From: Acidimicrobiia bacterium | GTDB lineage: Bacteria > Actinomycetota > Acidimicrobiia > Acidimicrobiales > VFJN01 | Assembly (NCBI GenBank): GCA_009694375.1 | Contig: SHVB01000004.1 | Location: 97,296-161,295, forward strand | Reading direction: 5' to 3' | DNA length: 64,000 nt | Part shown: positions 9,161-17,960 of the stretch, one piece after another | Position numbering within the stretch: the stretch's first letter is position 1 | Layout of the letters: the number at the start of each line of letters is the position of its first letter | Translations under genes and position numbers: made by a program | The notes under the pieces: generated by a model | The model's database searches: none | What the model saw: the letters and a program-made list of their open reading frames with translations, nothing else | Told to the model about the DNA's origin: nothing

Positions 9161-10771
9161 ATGACCGTCTACATCTCTGAGGATTTCACGCCCACCGAGG
9201 CGGATGTTCTGCGTCGCTATTTCACCAATCTCGACGGGCCCGTATTTGCCCTCGTGAATCTGCCCGAGGTGGTCAAAGGGGCGCTCTTCGCCCGCTACTC
9301 CCGCAGTTCCAAGAGCCTGCGCCGACTGTTTCTGGATGAGTTTGTCGGCGAGCTCGACATTTCTGGCGATGCCAGCATCGATGCCACCGTAGGGCTCCGG
9401 CGGGCTGAGGAGCTCTACGACCGGGTGTTCTTCGAATACGGCGACGACTCAGTGGCGCAACTCGGCGGCGTGCATCTCGCCTGTGAACAGGCCTCGAACC
9501 TGCTCACCAAGGTGCTCGAATGGGGCCGGCTCATGGCCTATCTCGAGCAGTCCACCCGGTACATCGCCTATGACACCCGTCTGGGGGGTCGGTACCGGTA
9601 TTACCGCGATCCCGAGGTGCTCGGCAGCAGTCTCGGCCTCCGGTACATCGGCGACATGGACCGCCTCTTCGACTCCTACGCCGAGCTGGTCCCCCTCATG
9701 TCGGATTTCTATCGGGACTGCTTCCCGAAGGATCCAGGCGACTCCGACTTCGTCTACCGTCAGGCCATCCGGGCGAAGGCGTTCGATGCGGTACGCGGCG
9801 TGTTGCCCGCCGCCTCTATTTCTAATGTGGGTATCTACGGCACCGGCCAGGGCTATGAGGCCTTGCTCCTGCGCATGCGGTCGCATCCTCTACCGGAGGC
9901 CCGAGCCTATGCCGACCTGATGTTGAGCGAACTCCGCAAGGTAATCCCCAGTTTCCTGAAGCGGGTCGACCTTGACGACCGGGGCGTTGCCTGGAGTACC
10001 TATCTGGCCAGCACGCGCTCGGCGGTGGCGGAGATCGCCGATGACCTATTTCCGGCGGGGAGCGGGGTTGGGGCGGAGGACGCCGCCGTTGAGTTGGTGG
10101 ACTGGGACCCCGAGGGCGAGGTGAAACTCGTGGCGAACATCCTCTACGCGCACACCCATGTCGCGGAGGCCGTCTTGGAGGCCCGGGTGCGACTGATGAC
10201 GAACGATGAACGGTTGGCCATCATTCACGCCTACGTGGGCGATCGGGGCAATCGACGCCACAAGCCGGGCCGGGCGTTCGAACGTCTCACCTATCGCTTC
10301 GACATCCTGGCCGATTATGGAGCCTTCCGGGACCTACAGCGCCATCGAATGCTCTCCCTCGAATGGCAAACCCTTAGCCCCCGGCATGGGTACACCCGAC
10401 CGGAAGCTGTGGACCTCGCCGGCTGTGGCGAGCGCTTCGACGAAGTCATGGAACGCTCGGCCGGGTTGCACGATGCCCTTGCCGAACGTTTTCCGGCCCA
10501 GGCCCCGTATGCGTTAGCCCTGGCCTACAAGGTGCGGTTCTATCTTCATCTCAACGCCCGCGAGGCGATGCACCTCATCGAATTGCGCACCACCCCCCAG
10601 GGCCATCCTGCCTACCGGACCGTGGGTCAGGACATGCACCGGCTCATTGCGGAGAAGGCCGGTCACCATGCTGTGGCGGCCGCCATGAGTTTCGTGGACC
10701 ACTCGCCCGAGCCCACCCTCGAGCGCCTCGACGCCGAGCGCCGGGCCGAGGCCCGCCGCCAGAGTCGCTGA
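9161..10771 (+). CDS. thyX: long (two-module) ThyX-family flavin-dependent thymidylate synthase-like protein
   Basis: 536 aa, about twice the usual ThyX length. The C-terminal module carries the ThyX signature RHRMLS (FRDLQRHRMLSLEWQTLSPR). The N-terminal module has a ThyX-like start (VVKGALFARYSRSSKS) but no RHR motif. Confidence 0.7.
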   Translation: MTVYISEDFTPTEADVLRRYFTNLDGPVFALVNLPEVVKGALFARYSRSSKSLRRLFLDEFVGELDISGDASIDATVGLRRAEELYDRVFFEYGDDSVAQLGGVHLACEQASNLLTKVLEWGRLMAYLEQSTRYIAYDTRLGGRYRYYRDPEVLGSSLGLRYIGDMDRLFDSYAELVPLMSDFYRDCFPKDPGDSDFVYRQAIRAKAFDAVRGVLPAASISNVGIYGTGQGYEALLLRMRSHPLPEARAYADLMLSELRKVIPSFLKRVDLDDRGVAWSTYLASTRSAVAEIADDLFPAGSGVGAEDAAVELVDWDPEGEVKLVANILYAHTHVAEAVLEARVRLMTNDERLAIIHAYVGDRGNRRHKPGRAFERLTYRFDILADYGAFRDLQRHRMLSLEWQTLSPRHGYTRPEAVDLAGCGERFDEVMERSAGLHDALAERFPAQAPYALALAYKVRFYLHLNAREAMHLIELRTTPQGHPAYRTVGQDMHRLIAEKAGHHAVAAAMSFVDHSPEPTLERLDAERRAEARRQSR

Positions 10772-10849
10772 TCAAAGGCCCGATATTGCCAGCACAGCAA
10801 CCGGTGTGCCTATGATCCCGCCCGAAAGCCCCCGCTACAGAGGATTCTC

Positions 10850-11317
10850 ATGACTGACGAAGAAGTCCTCGACGAAGAGGACGATCTCGAGGAGATTGGC
10901 GAGCCCGAACCCTCCGACGACGGTGATCTCGACGACGATGTTCTCGACGGCGATGTTCTCGACGGCGATGTTCTCGACGACGATGTTCTCGACGGCGATG
11001 ATGACGACGGTGGGGATGACGAGGACGGCACTCCTGAGCCCATCAAGGCCAAGAACGACGATGATGATGCCGAAGATGACGAGGAGGCCGACCCCGACGA
11101 CGTGGAGGCTGATCTCGACGCGATTCTCAAGGACCGGATCGCGGCCGCGGAAGAGGAAGAGGACGAGGCGGAGAATTCCGAGCCCGAGCAGGCCGGCGGC
11201 GTGAGTCGGATTTTGCCCAAGCGGCCCGGAGAGTTCGTGTGCCAGTCCTGTTTCCTCGTGAAACATCCCAACCAATTGGCCAATGCCAAGCGCAAGCTCT
11301 GCTCTGATTGCGTCTGA
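10850..11317 (+). CDS. DUF4193-family protein (acidic N-terminus, C-terminal Cys4 motif)
   Basis: C-terminus EFVCQSCFLVKHPNQLANAKRKLCSDC matches the DUF4193 pattern remembered from actinobacteria. Extremely Asp/Glu-rich N-terminal half. Confidence 0.8.
   Translation: MTDEEVLDEEDDLEEIGEPEPSDDGDLDDDVLDGDVLDGDVLDDDVLDGDDDDGGDDEDGTPEPIKAKNDDDDAEDDEEADPDDVEADLDAILKDRIAAAEEEEDEAENSEPEQAGGVSRILPKRPGEFVCQSCFLVKHPNQLANAKRKLCSDCV
10937..10996 (+). repeat. 4 x 15-bp in-frame tandem repeat (GATGTTCTCGACGGC) inside the DUF4193 gene
   Basis: Direct reading: units at 10937, 10952, 10967 (one unit ends GAC) and 10982. Encodes (DVLDG/D)x4. Confidence 0.9.
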
Positions 11318-11355
11318 GGGGCCCGGGGCTCGAGGGATGTCCCGATCCCTCGGGG

Positions 11356-11883
11356 ATGGAAGTAGCGTTGAGAGTTGTGAGTGGAGCCAACAAGACCCCG
11401 GGTGAGCAAGCCATTGAGGTGTTGGTGTACGCCCCGATTGGTTTGTTGTTCGAGGGTGCGTCGCTCCTGCCGCAGCTGATCGAAACGGGTCGGGGGCAGG
11501 TGGCTACGGCCCGCATGATCGGTCGGTTCGCCCTCCGGCAAGGCCGGGGCGAGGCCAGCAAGGTGGCCACCAACTTTCAGGACCAGACCGCGGGGTGGTT
11601 GGACGCGGTCGGCGGTCGCCGTGCGCCGGTTGGACCGGTCCCGGCGGCGAATCCTGACCCCGCCCCGGTGGCGGTCAGCCCGGTGCCGAAGGCCTCGGCC
11701 CGCGGTCGCCGTGGTGCTTCGTCGTTGGCCATCGCCGACTACGACAATCTGTCGGCGTCGCAGGTGGTCAATCGGCTGGCGGGGCTCACGACATCGGAAC
11801 TCGAGGCAGTGCGGCGGCACGAATCGACGCACCGTGGCCGCAAGACCATCCTTTCCAAGGTTGCGCAGCTCCAGGGCGGATGA
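11356..11883 (+). CDS. hypothetical protein
   Basis: In-frame ATG 11356; the track ORF starts at 11308. Ala/Pro-rich linker and a conserved-looking C-terminal helical motif (DYDNLSASQVVNRLAGLTTSELEAVRRHESTHRGRKTILSKV). Family not recognised. Confidence 0.55.
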   Translation: MEVALRVVSGANKTPGEQAIEVLVYAPIGLLFEGASLLPQLIETGRGQVATARMIGRFALRQGRGEASKVATNFQDQTAGWLDAVGGRRAPVGPVPAANPDPAPVAVSPVPKASARGRRGASSLAIADYDNLSASQVVNRLAGLTTSELEAVRRHESTHRGRKTILSKVAQLQGG

Positions 11884-12365
11884 TGGTGACGACCCCGCAC
11901 GAGGCGAGTCGGCCCGCGGTAGCCGCCGATCTTCCCCGTTTGACGGAACTGGCCCAGGAAGCGGTGGATCACCTGCGCCCGAGACGCGGGGGAGAGGTGT
12001 GGGCACGCCGGAGCGCTCGCCACGCCCCCTTCAAAGATGCTCTCGCTCAGGAGTTGGGTGATGACCACCACCACCTTGTGGTGGGGACGGTCGACGATGT
12101 GGTGATGGGCTACGGCGTGGTCGGCATCGAAGTGTTGCGAGACGGCGGACGGCTCGGAGTGGTCACCGATCTCTACACCGATCCAGGTTGTCGGGAGATT
12201 GGCCTCGGGGAGTTGGTGATGGAGGCGTTGGTCGACTGGTGCGGTGAGCAGGATTGTTTTGGGGTGGACAGCCTGGCCCTCCCGGGTGACCGGCATACAA
12301 AAAACTTCTTTGAATCCTTTGGCCTGGTGGCTCGGGCCATTGTGGTCCACCGCTCGATCCCGTGA
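11880..12365 (+). CDS. GNAT-family N-acetyltransferase
   Basis: GNAT fold pattern (VVGTVDDVVMGYGVV..LGVVTDLYTDPGCREIGLGELVMEAL). Start overlaps the previous stop (ATGA). Confidence 0.75.
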   Translation: MMVTTPHEASRPAVAADLPRLTELAQEAVDHLRPRRGGEVWARRSARHAPFKDALAQELGDDHHHLVVGTVDDVVMGYGVVGIEVLRDGGRLGVVTDLYTDPGCREIGLGELVMEALVDWCGEQDCFGVDSLALPGDRHTKNFFESFGLVARAIVVHRSIP

Positions 12366-12772
12366 CCCCAGCGCCCCCCACCGTGGCGGTCCGGGCTGTC
12401 GCGGTGGATCACGATCAGGTCGTATTGGTGCGGCACGGGACCGGCCCCGCCGGGGGCCGCTGGTCGATACCGGGCGGGGAGGTTGGCTTTGGCGAGACCC
12501 TGATGGAGGCGGTTACCCGCGTGCTGCGCGAGGAGACCGGCCTGGTAGGGGTCTGCGGAGCCCTGCTGGATTGGTCGGAACACATACTCCCCGACCGTCA
12601 CCGGGTTGTCCTCGCCTTTGCGGTGACCGTCGTGTGCGACGATGGCCCGAGGGCGGGCGCCAACGTCGCCGAGGCGGCATGGGTGGTACTTCACGAAGTG
12701 GCGACGCTTGACCTAGTGGAGGGTGTGGCGGAGTTTCTCCACGACCAGGGCATCATCGCCACCTTTACCTGA
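12362..12772 (+). CDS. NUDIX hydrolase
   Basis: Nudix box GGEVGFGETLMEAVTRVLREETGL. GTG overlaps the GNAT stop. Confidence 0.88.
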   Translation: MTPAPPTVAVRAVAVDHDQVVLVRHGTGPAGGRWSIPGGEVGFGETLMEAVTRVLREETGLVGVCGALLDWSEHILPDRHRVVLAFAVTVVCDDGPRAGANVAEAAWVVLHEVATLDLVEGVAEFLHDQGIIATFT

Positions 12773-12775
12773 GGG

Positions 12776-13540
12776 TCAGACGCCCTTCCACTGGGGCGGG
12801 CGCTTCTCGATGAAGGCGGTGAGCCCCTCGGAGAAGTCGTCTGAAGCCATGGCCTGGGCCATGCCCTCCATCGACATCTTCCACCCGATGTCGTCGGGCG
12901 CATTGGTGGCTTCGAGCACGATCTTGCGGGACGCCCGCACGGCCACGGGGGCATTGGCGCAGATCTGCTCGGCCAGGGCCACGGCCGCGTCGAGGGCCGT
13001 GCCGGGTTCCACGAGACGGTTTACGAGGCCGAAGTGATGGGCCCGGGTGGCATCGATCGGATCGCCGGTGAGAGTCAACTCCATGGCGATATTCAGCGGG
13101 ATTTTGCGACCCAGCCGGAACAGGCCACCGGCGGCGGCCACCAACGATCGCTTCACCTCGGGGATCCCGAAGGTGGCGGTGGTGGAGGCGACGACCAGGT
13201 CGCAGGACAAGACGATCTCCGTGCCGCCGGCCAGGGCGGGCCCGTCGACCGCGGCGATGATGGGTTTGGTCCGCTCGCGCTGCACGATGCCGGCGAAGCC
13301 TCCGCGAGTAGTGGCCAATCCGGCGGCGTTGCCCGAGTTGATCTCCTTGAGGTCGGCACCCGCGCAAAATACGGGGGCCACGCCAGTGATGATGCCCACC
13401 CAGATCGAATCGTCGGCTTCGATCCTGTCGATGGCCTCCTCGATTCCCTGGGCCACCGCGGCGTTTACGGCGTTACGGGCTTCAGGGCGGTTGATGGTGA
13501 CGACCGCGAAGGGTCCCTGTTGTTCGAAGTTGACGGCCAT
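12776..13540 (-). CDS. enoyl-CoA hydratase/isomerase (crotonase family)
   Basis: Crotonase motifs FCAGADLKEI and AAVDGPALAGGTEI. Confidence 0.92.
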   Translation of the reverse strand: MAVNFEQQGPFAVVTINRPEARNAVNAAVAQGIEEAIDRIEADDSIWVGIITGVAPVFCAGADLKEINSGNAAGLATTRGGFAGIVQRERTKPIIAAVDGPALAGGTEIVLSCDLVVASTTATFGIPEVKRSLVAAAGGLFRLGRKIPLNIAMELTLTGDPIDATRAHHFGLVNRLVEPGTALDAAVALAEQICANAPVAVRASRKIVLEATNAPDDIGWKMSMEGMAQAMASDDFSEGLTAFIEKRPPQWKGV

Positions 13541-13606
13541 AGGTTGGACGTTAGTCAGCGAGAGTTACCTTCACGAAGTTCAACCGGGGAGCATCGGACG
13601 ATCACC

Positions 13607-13804
13607 ATGGGGACGAATGAATCAGCGGGCCGGCTTCGGTGCCACTTCTGCGGGGCCTATGAGGTGGCGCGCCTCTATCTGGCCTCGGTGCAACTGGATT
13701 CGTGTGCCTGCGGAAGTTGCGGAGCCAGTTGGGACGAAGACCCAGCCACCGGCGAGTACTGCGGTCGCTCGGCTAAGGAGAGCGCGGTTACTCGTCGACC
13801 GTAG
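13607..13804 (+). CDS. small zinc-ribbon-like hypothetical protein
   Basis: 65-aa ORF from ATG 13607 with CHFCG ... CACGSCG cysteines. It is the tail of a longer antisense track ORF. Its 3' end overlaps the convergent gene by 17 nt. Confidence 0.35.
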   Translation: MGTNESAGRLRCHFCGAYEVARLYLASVQLDSCACGSCGASWDEDPATGEYCGRSAKESAVTRRP

Positions 13805-15302
13805 CGACGGGGGTGTCCGAGCCGCTGGTTTCGGGGGCGGGGGTGTCCGCCTCGGTGGTGTCCGCGATAGGGGTTCCGGGGGCGCTGGTTTCGGGGGCGG
13901 GGGTGTCCGCCTCGGTGGTGTCCGCGATAGGGGTTCCGGGGGCGGGCTTCTTGGCCGGAGCCTTCTTCGGACGGCGCCGTTCCGTCTTGGTTCGGGGCGC
14001 GTTCCGAACGGGGGCGATCTCATAGATCCCGGCGATTTTGGGGATTCGGGTGGCCATCCGGGCGATGGTGGCCCGCACATCGGGATGAAGTTCCTTAGGG
14101 AGCGAGACGGGGATCACCTTGTCGCGCACCGGGGCGAAGGCCAAGACATTGAGGACTGCTACCCAACGATCGGGCGCAGCCTCGGCGTTGAGGGCAGCCC
14201 CGGCGCCTTCGATGAGCCGGGTGGCGAGTTCCGGGGGCAGCGGCCAGCCTGCCTTGGGCGGGTGGGAACTCATCCGCAGGGCGCGCACAATCCGCCCCAC
14301 GTCGAGATTGGCGATCAACTCGGCCAGCCAGGCTGCGTGCTCGGCCTCTACTCGCGCCGTGAGGCCGACCTGGAGATCTCGAACCAGCGCTTGACTTTCC
14401 TCGTCGCGTCCGGCGGCGGCGGCCGTGGACACCACGGATCGGAGATCCCGAAGGGCCAGGACATCGAGGTCACGATGGGCGGCCTCGGCTCGGTCGCGCC
14501 ACTCGGCCGTGCGCACCTTCGGCACGAGCTTTTCCGCCAGTTGGAGCAGGGGACCCGACGGGATAGCCGCTTCACCGGCGGCGGTCCGTTCGGCATTCTG
14601 TTTCGTGATGGCGAGACGGACCGCCGGAAGTCCACCGAGGACGATTTGGTCGGCAATGGGGCGCTGCTCGGCCGGCAGTGCGTCGATCATGGCGCTGCGA
14701 TGAGCCTTCCCGGCCTTGAGGCGCTTGGTCTTGGGCCGATCGATCACCGGAATCGCCGGCGCCTCCGGACGCGTCCGTTGGGGGGGCCGGTCGTTGCCTT
14801 CGCGGCGGGGGCCGCGGGGTTTGTCGCGGGTGGAGTCGCCCCTGTCTTTACGGGGGGGCCGGTCGTTGCCTTCGGGCCGGGGGCCGCCGGGTTTGTCGCG
14901 GGTGGAGTCGGCTCGGTCTTGGCGGGGGGGTCGGTCCTTTCCTTCCCGGCGGGGGCTGCGGGGTTTGTCGCGGGTGGAATCGCCCCGATCTCCTCGGGAG
15001 CGGCCCCCTTCGCTCTGTCGGCTCGTCAGGGTGGAGGTGACCAGGGGTTCGTCCTTGGCGGTCGAGATGAACTCCAATAAATCCGGCTGCTCGCGAGCCC
15101 CTTTGGGCGGAAGCACGCCCACGATGGAAATACCGTCGACGAAAAACTCGGCGTTCACCCGCAGGACGTCGCCCACCTTGGCGGCGGGCGGCAACAGCGT
15201 GGCCGCCATGGACCCCTTGGGAGCCTTGGCTCCGGCGGCTCGCCAAGTCCAGGATCCGTCCGCTTGTGCACTCGTAAGCTCGATGTCGATTCTGCGAGGC
15301 AT
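13788..15302 (-). CDS. repeat-containing conserved hypothetical protein
   Basis: ATG 15302 (MPRRIDIELTS) preferred over track start 15392. Globular N-terminal domain, 3 x 24-aa basic repeats, a large helical middle domain, a Lys/Pro-rich tail and 2 x 20-aa acidic repeats. Confidence 0.7.
   Translation of the reverse strand: MPRRIDIELTSAQADGSWTWRAAGAKAPKGSMAATLLPPAAKVGDVLRVNAEFFVDGISIVGVLPPKGAREQPDLLEFISTAKDEPLVTSTLTSRQSEGGRSRGDRGDSTRDKPRSPRREGKDRPPRQDRADSTRDKPGGPRPEGNDRPPRKDRGDSTRDKPRGPRREGNDRPPQRTRPEAPAIPVIDRPKTKRLKAGKAHRSAMIDALPAEQRPIADQIVLGGLPAVRLAITKQNAERTAAGEAAIPSGPLLQLAEKLVPKVRTAEWRDRAEAAHRDLDVLALRDLRSVVSTAAAAGRDEESQALVRDLQVGLTARVEAEHAAWLAELIANLDVGRIVRALRMSSHPPKAGWPLPPELATRLIEGAGAALNAEAAPDRWVAVLNVLAFAPVRDKVIPVSLPKELHPDVRATIARMATRIPKIAGIYEIAPVRNAPRTKTERRRPKKAPAKKPAPGTPIADTTEADTPAPETSAPGTPIADTTEADTPAPETSGSDTPVATVDE
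13824..13943 (-). repeat. perfect 2 x 60-bp tandem duplication in the 3' end of the repeat-protein gene
   Basis: 13824-13883 and 13884-13943 are identical base for base. Encodes APGTPIADTTEADTPAPETS twice. Confidence 0.95.
14780..14995 (-). repeat. 3 x 72-bp imperfect in-frame tandem repeat
   Basis: Units start near 14780, 14852 and 14924. They encode 24-aa repeats of the form DSTRDKPxxPRxEGxDRPPRxDRx. Confidence 0.9.
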
Positions 15303-15376
15303 TGAGGGTGTACTCCGGTCTGCGGGGCCTCGGTGGCCCAGAATCCGACAACGGTACCGAACCGGCGGCGCTGTGA

Positions 15377-15847
15377 CTAACGCCGAGTCCAACCGCCCGG
15401 CTGGGCGGCAAGTGTCACCACCCGCTCGGGTAGCGCGCCGGAGGCGATGTCAGCGAGCGTGGTCTCCTCGAGCACTCCCCGCAGCGCCACGCGCGTGGCC
15501 ACCCACACCGGCTGGAGATCTCGCGCCACGCCGGCGTAGACCACCTCCTCGGGCGACTGGCCATGGACATCGGCAAGCGGGCCCTCTACGGCACGGATGA
15601 TGTCGGCCACGCTCACTTCGGTGGGGGGCCGGGCCAACCAATACCCGCCGTCGGACCCGCGCTTGCTGCCCACGATTCCCGACCGCCGAAGTTCCGACAG
15701 AATCGTCTCCAAGAAACGGGGCGGAATTTCTTGGGCCGCCGCAAGGACGTCGGCTTTCACGGGAACTCGCTCCCGGTGTTGGAGGTACCCGTCGGCTAGT
15801 TCCACCGCGGCGCGTACCGCATAATCAACCTTCGCCGTAATGCGCAC
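15377..15847 (-). CDS. Rrf2-family transcriptional regulator
   Basis: GTG 15847 gives the typical Rrf2 N-terminus VRITAKVDYAVRAAVELA. wHTH region SELRRSGIVGSKRGSDGGYWLARP. Confidence 0.88.
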   Translation of the reverse strand: MRITAKVDYAVRAAVELADGYLQHRERVPVKADVLAAAQEIPPRFLETILSELRRSGIVGSKRGSDGGYWLARPPTEVSVADIIRAVEGPLADVHGQSPEEVVYAGVARDLQPVWVATRVALRGVLEETTLADIASGALPERVVTLAAQPGGWTRR

Positions 15848-15857
15848 GGATGGCGGA

Positions 15858-16976
15858 TCAGCTCGCGCACACAGCGGCGAGACTACCGAGGGCACTGCCG
15901 CGCTTGGCTTGCCGGATCACGTTGCGGTCGAGGCCGTTGGTGAGATAGCAGAACGAGAGCCCGGTGGCGGGATCGGCCCAGGCGAGTTGGCCGCCCACGC
16001 CGTTGTGGCCGAAGGCCCTACTCGAGACGGTACGGCCCATGCCGCGCAGGTGGGAGTCGTCGCCGTCGCCGGCCACTACGACGCCCCGCGTTCGATTTAC
16101 CGAGTAGCCCAGCATCGGATCGGGGAACGTGTTTCGCACCGTAGAGGTGGCGTCAGCCAGTACGACGGGATCCCACCGACCCTGCGCGTTGGTGAGGAGC
16201 GATTGGTAGAACATCGCGACATCAGCGGCGGTGGAAATGCCTCCACCCCCAGGGATGCCCACGGCACGAACCTCGGGAAGATTCAGGGAGAGTGTCGCCT
16301 CCTCGGTCACTTCCCCCACATCGATCTCCCGCACGCCAAAGAACGCTTCGATCTCATCGGGGTGGGCGGGATCCCCCGTGGCCACCAGGGTGGCGATGTT
16401 GGTCTGCGCGTCCAGGGTCGGGCCGAGCACAAAGGCCCGAAGGCCCAGGGGCTCAATAAGACGTTGGCGTACCGCCGCGATGTGATCGTCACCGGTGAGC
16501 GCGTAGATGACTTCGGCCAACACCCAGTGGGCGCTAGTGGGGTGGTATTCGAACTGGGAGCCAACCGGCCAGTTGAGGCGCCACGTGGCAAAGGCCGATA
16601 GTCGGCCCTCGTGGCTCGCCCAGAGCGGGGGGCCGAGGGGGGCTTGGGGAAAGCCCGAGGTGTGTTGCAACACATGATCGACGGTGATCTCGTCTTTGCC
16701 GTGGGTCCCGAAGTCTGGAAGGACATCGGCGATTCGGGTGGCGGGGTCGAGCAGGCCCTCGCCCATGAGTTGCCATACCACCGACGCCACAAACGGCTTG
16801 GTGGCCGAGAACATCGTGAAGCGGGTATCGGCGGTGGCATCGCCAAAGGTTTCGTTCACCACCACCTCACCATGAAGGGCCAGCGCCAACTGGCAGGACG
16901 GCAGTAGCCCCTCATCTACCTCCTGGCGCGCTCGCGTGAGGAGGGCAGCTGCGGCAACAGGCTCAATGGTCGTCAT
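15858..16976 (-). CDS. serine hydrolase (beta-lactamase/esterase class C-like)
   Basis: SxxK motif in FTMFSATKPFVASV. ATG 16976 (MTTIEPV) preferred over the long track ORF. Confidence 0.85.
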   Translation of the reverse strand: MTTIEPVAAAALLTRARQEVDEGLLPSCQLALALHGEVVVNETFGDATADTRFTMFSATKPFVASVVWQLMGEGLLDPATRIADVLPDFGTHGKDEITVDHVLQHTSGFPQAPLGPPLWASHEGRLSAFATWRLNWPVGSQFEYHPTSAHWVLAEVIYALTGDDHIAAVRQRLIEPLGLRAFVLGPTLDAQTNIATLVATGDPAHPDEIEAFFGVREIDVGEVTEEATLSLNLPEVRAVGIPGGGGISTAADVAMFYQSLLTNAQGRWDPVVLADATSTVRNTFPDPMLGYSVNRTRGVVVAGDGDDSHLRGMGRTVSSRAFGHNGVGGQLAWADPATGLSFCYLTNGLDRNVIRQAKRGSALGSLAAVCAS

Positions 16977-17053
16977 GAGAATCAGGTTAGTGCGAAGCAT
17001 CGTCCGGGGTTGAGTGTCACGATAGTGGGGCGGGGTTGCCATACATTGGGTAG

Positions 17054-17950
17054 GTGGCCGCCCCGCACCTTCTGCCTGAACCCCCTCTACCGCGCGGCGA
17101 ACGCATCGAACTCCCCGGTCGTGGCTCCAGTTTTGTGCGGGTGGTCTCGGGCCCGCCCGGGGCACCCACGGTCGTGTTATTGCACGGCTGGATGGCCAGC
17201 GGTGGGCTCAACTGGTTCAACGCCTTCGAGGCACTATCGCAGCGTTACAACGTGGTTGCTCCTGATGCTCGTGGTCACGGGCGAGGGATTCGTTCCCGTC
17301 GGCGCTTCCGGCTGGCCGACTGCGCCGACGACGTGGCCGTGCTCATCGAGGAGTTGGATACCGGGCCCGTGATTGCGGTGGGCTATTCCATGGGGGGACC
17401 GATCGCCCAGTTGTTATGGCACCGGCATCCCGAGCATGTGCAGGGCATGGTGCTGTGCGCCACCGCCTATCGCTTCGTGGCGGGAGCCCGGGAGCGCTTC
17501 GTGTTCGCGTCATTGATGGGCACGGCGGCTGGGACTACCCGGGCCGGTGCGGTGTTGGCTCGATTGCCGGTGGCCTCGCTCCGCCGATGGGGTCCGCACG
17601 GCTCCGCAAGCCCGCCCAGCACGATGTCGTCGTGGGCGGCGGGCGAGATGGGCCGTCACGACATCGTCAAGATCATGGAAGCGGGTGCAGCCATTGGGAA
17701 TTACAACGCCCATCGGTGGATCAGCGATATCGACGTGCCGACCACGGTGGTGGTCACCGAACGGGACCATGCCATCGACGCCCGTGAGCAGCGCAAGATG
17801 GCGGCGCTGATTCCCGGCGCGGTGGTCCAGGGTGTGGAGGATGGCCACGTGGTGTGCGCCAAGCGCGAGTTCGGACCGATCATGGTGCGGGCGGTGGATT
17901 CAGTCCACGATCGGATCGTGGCGGCGCGCTCCCGCGGCGCGGCTGGCTGA
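17054..17950 (+). CDS. alpha/beta-fold hydrolase
   Basis: VVLLHGW oxyanion region and nucleophile elbow GYSMGG. Confidence 0.85.
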   Translation: MAAPHLLPEPPLPRGERIELPGRGSSFVRVVSGPPGAPTVVLLHGWMASGGLNWFNAFEALSQRYNVVAPDARGHGRGIRSRRRFRLADCADDVAVLIEELDTGPVIAVGYSMGGPIAQLLWHRHPEHVQGMVLCATAYRFVAGARERFVFASLMGTAAGTTRAGAVLARLPVASLRRWGPHGSASPPSTMSSWAAGEMGRHDIVKIMEAGAAIGNYNAHRWISDIDVPTTVVVTERDHAIDAREQRKMAALIPGAVVQGVEDGHVVCAKREFGPIMVRAVDSVHDRIVAARSRGAAG

Positions 17951-17960
17951 ATACGTCACG

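Noticed and set aside
10810-12006. 398-aa minus-strand ORF with long poly-Ser stretches
   Set aside because: Antisense across three plus-strand genes (DUF4193, a hypothetical and GNAT). The poly-Ser is the mirror of the poly-Asp/Glu coding repeat.
13824-14995. Possible CRISPR-like or satellite array suggested by the 60-bp and 72-bp direct repeats
   Set aside because: The repeats are directly adjacent without spacers, are multiples of 3, and sit in frame inside one ORF. They are coding tandem repeats, not a CRISPR array.
13047-15080. 677-aa plus-strand ORF, the longest unexplained ORF in this region
   Set aside because: It runs antisense to a clear crotonase gene and to the repeat-protein gene. 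The translation is low-complexity Gly/Arg/Ala/Pro-rich with no recognisable motif, which is typical of a GC-driven antisense frame.
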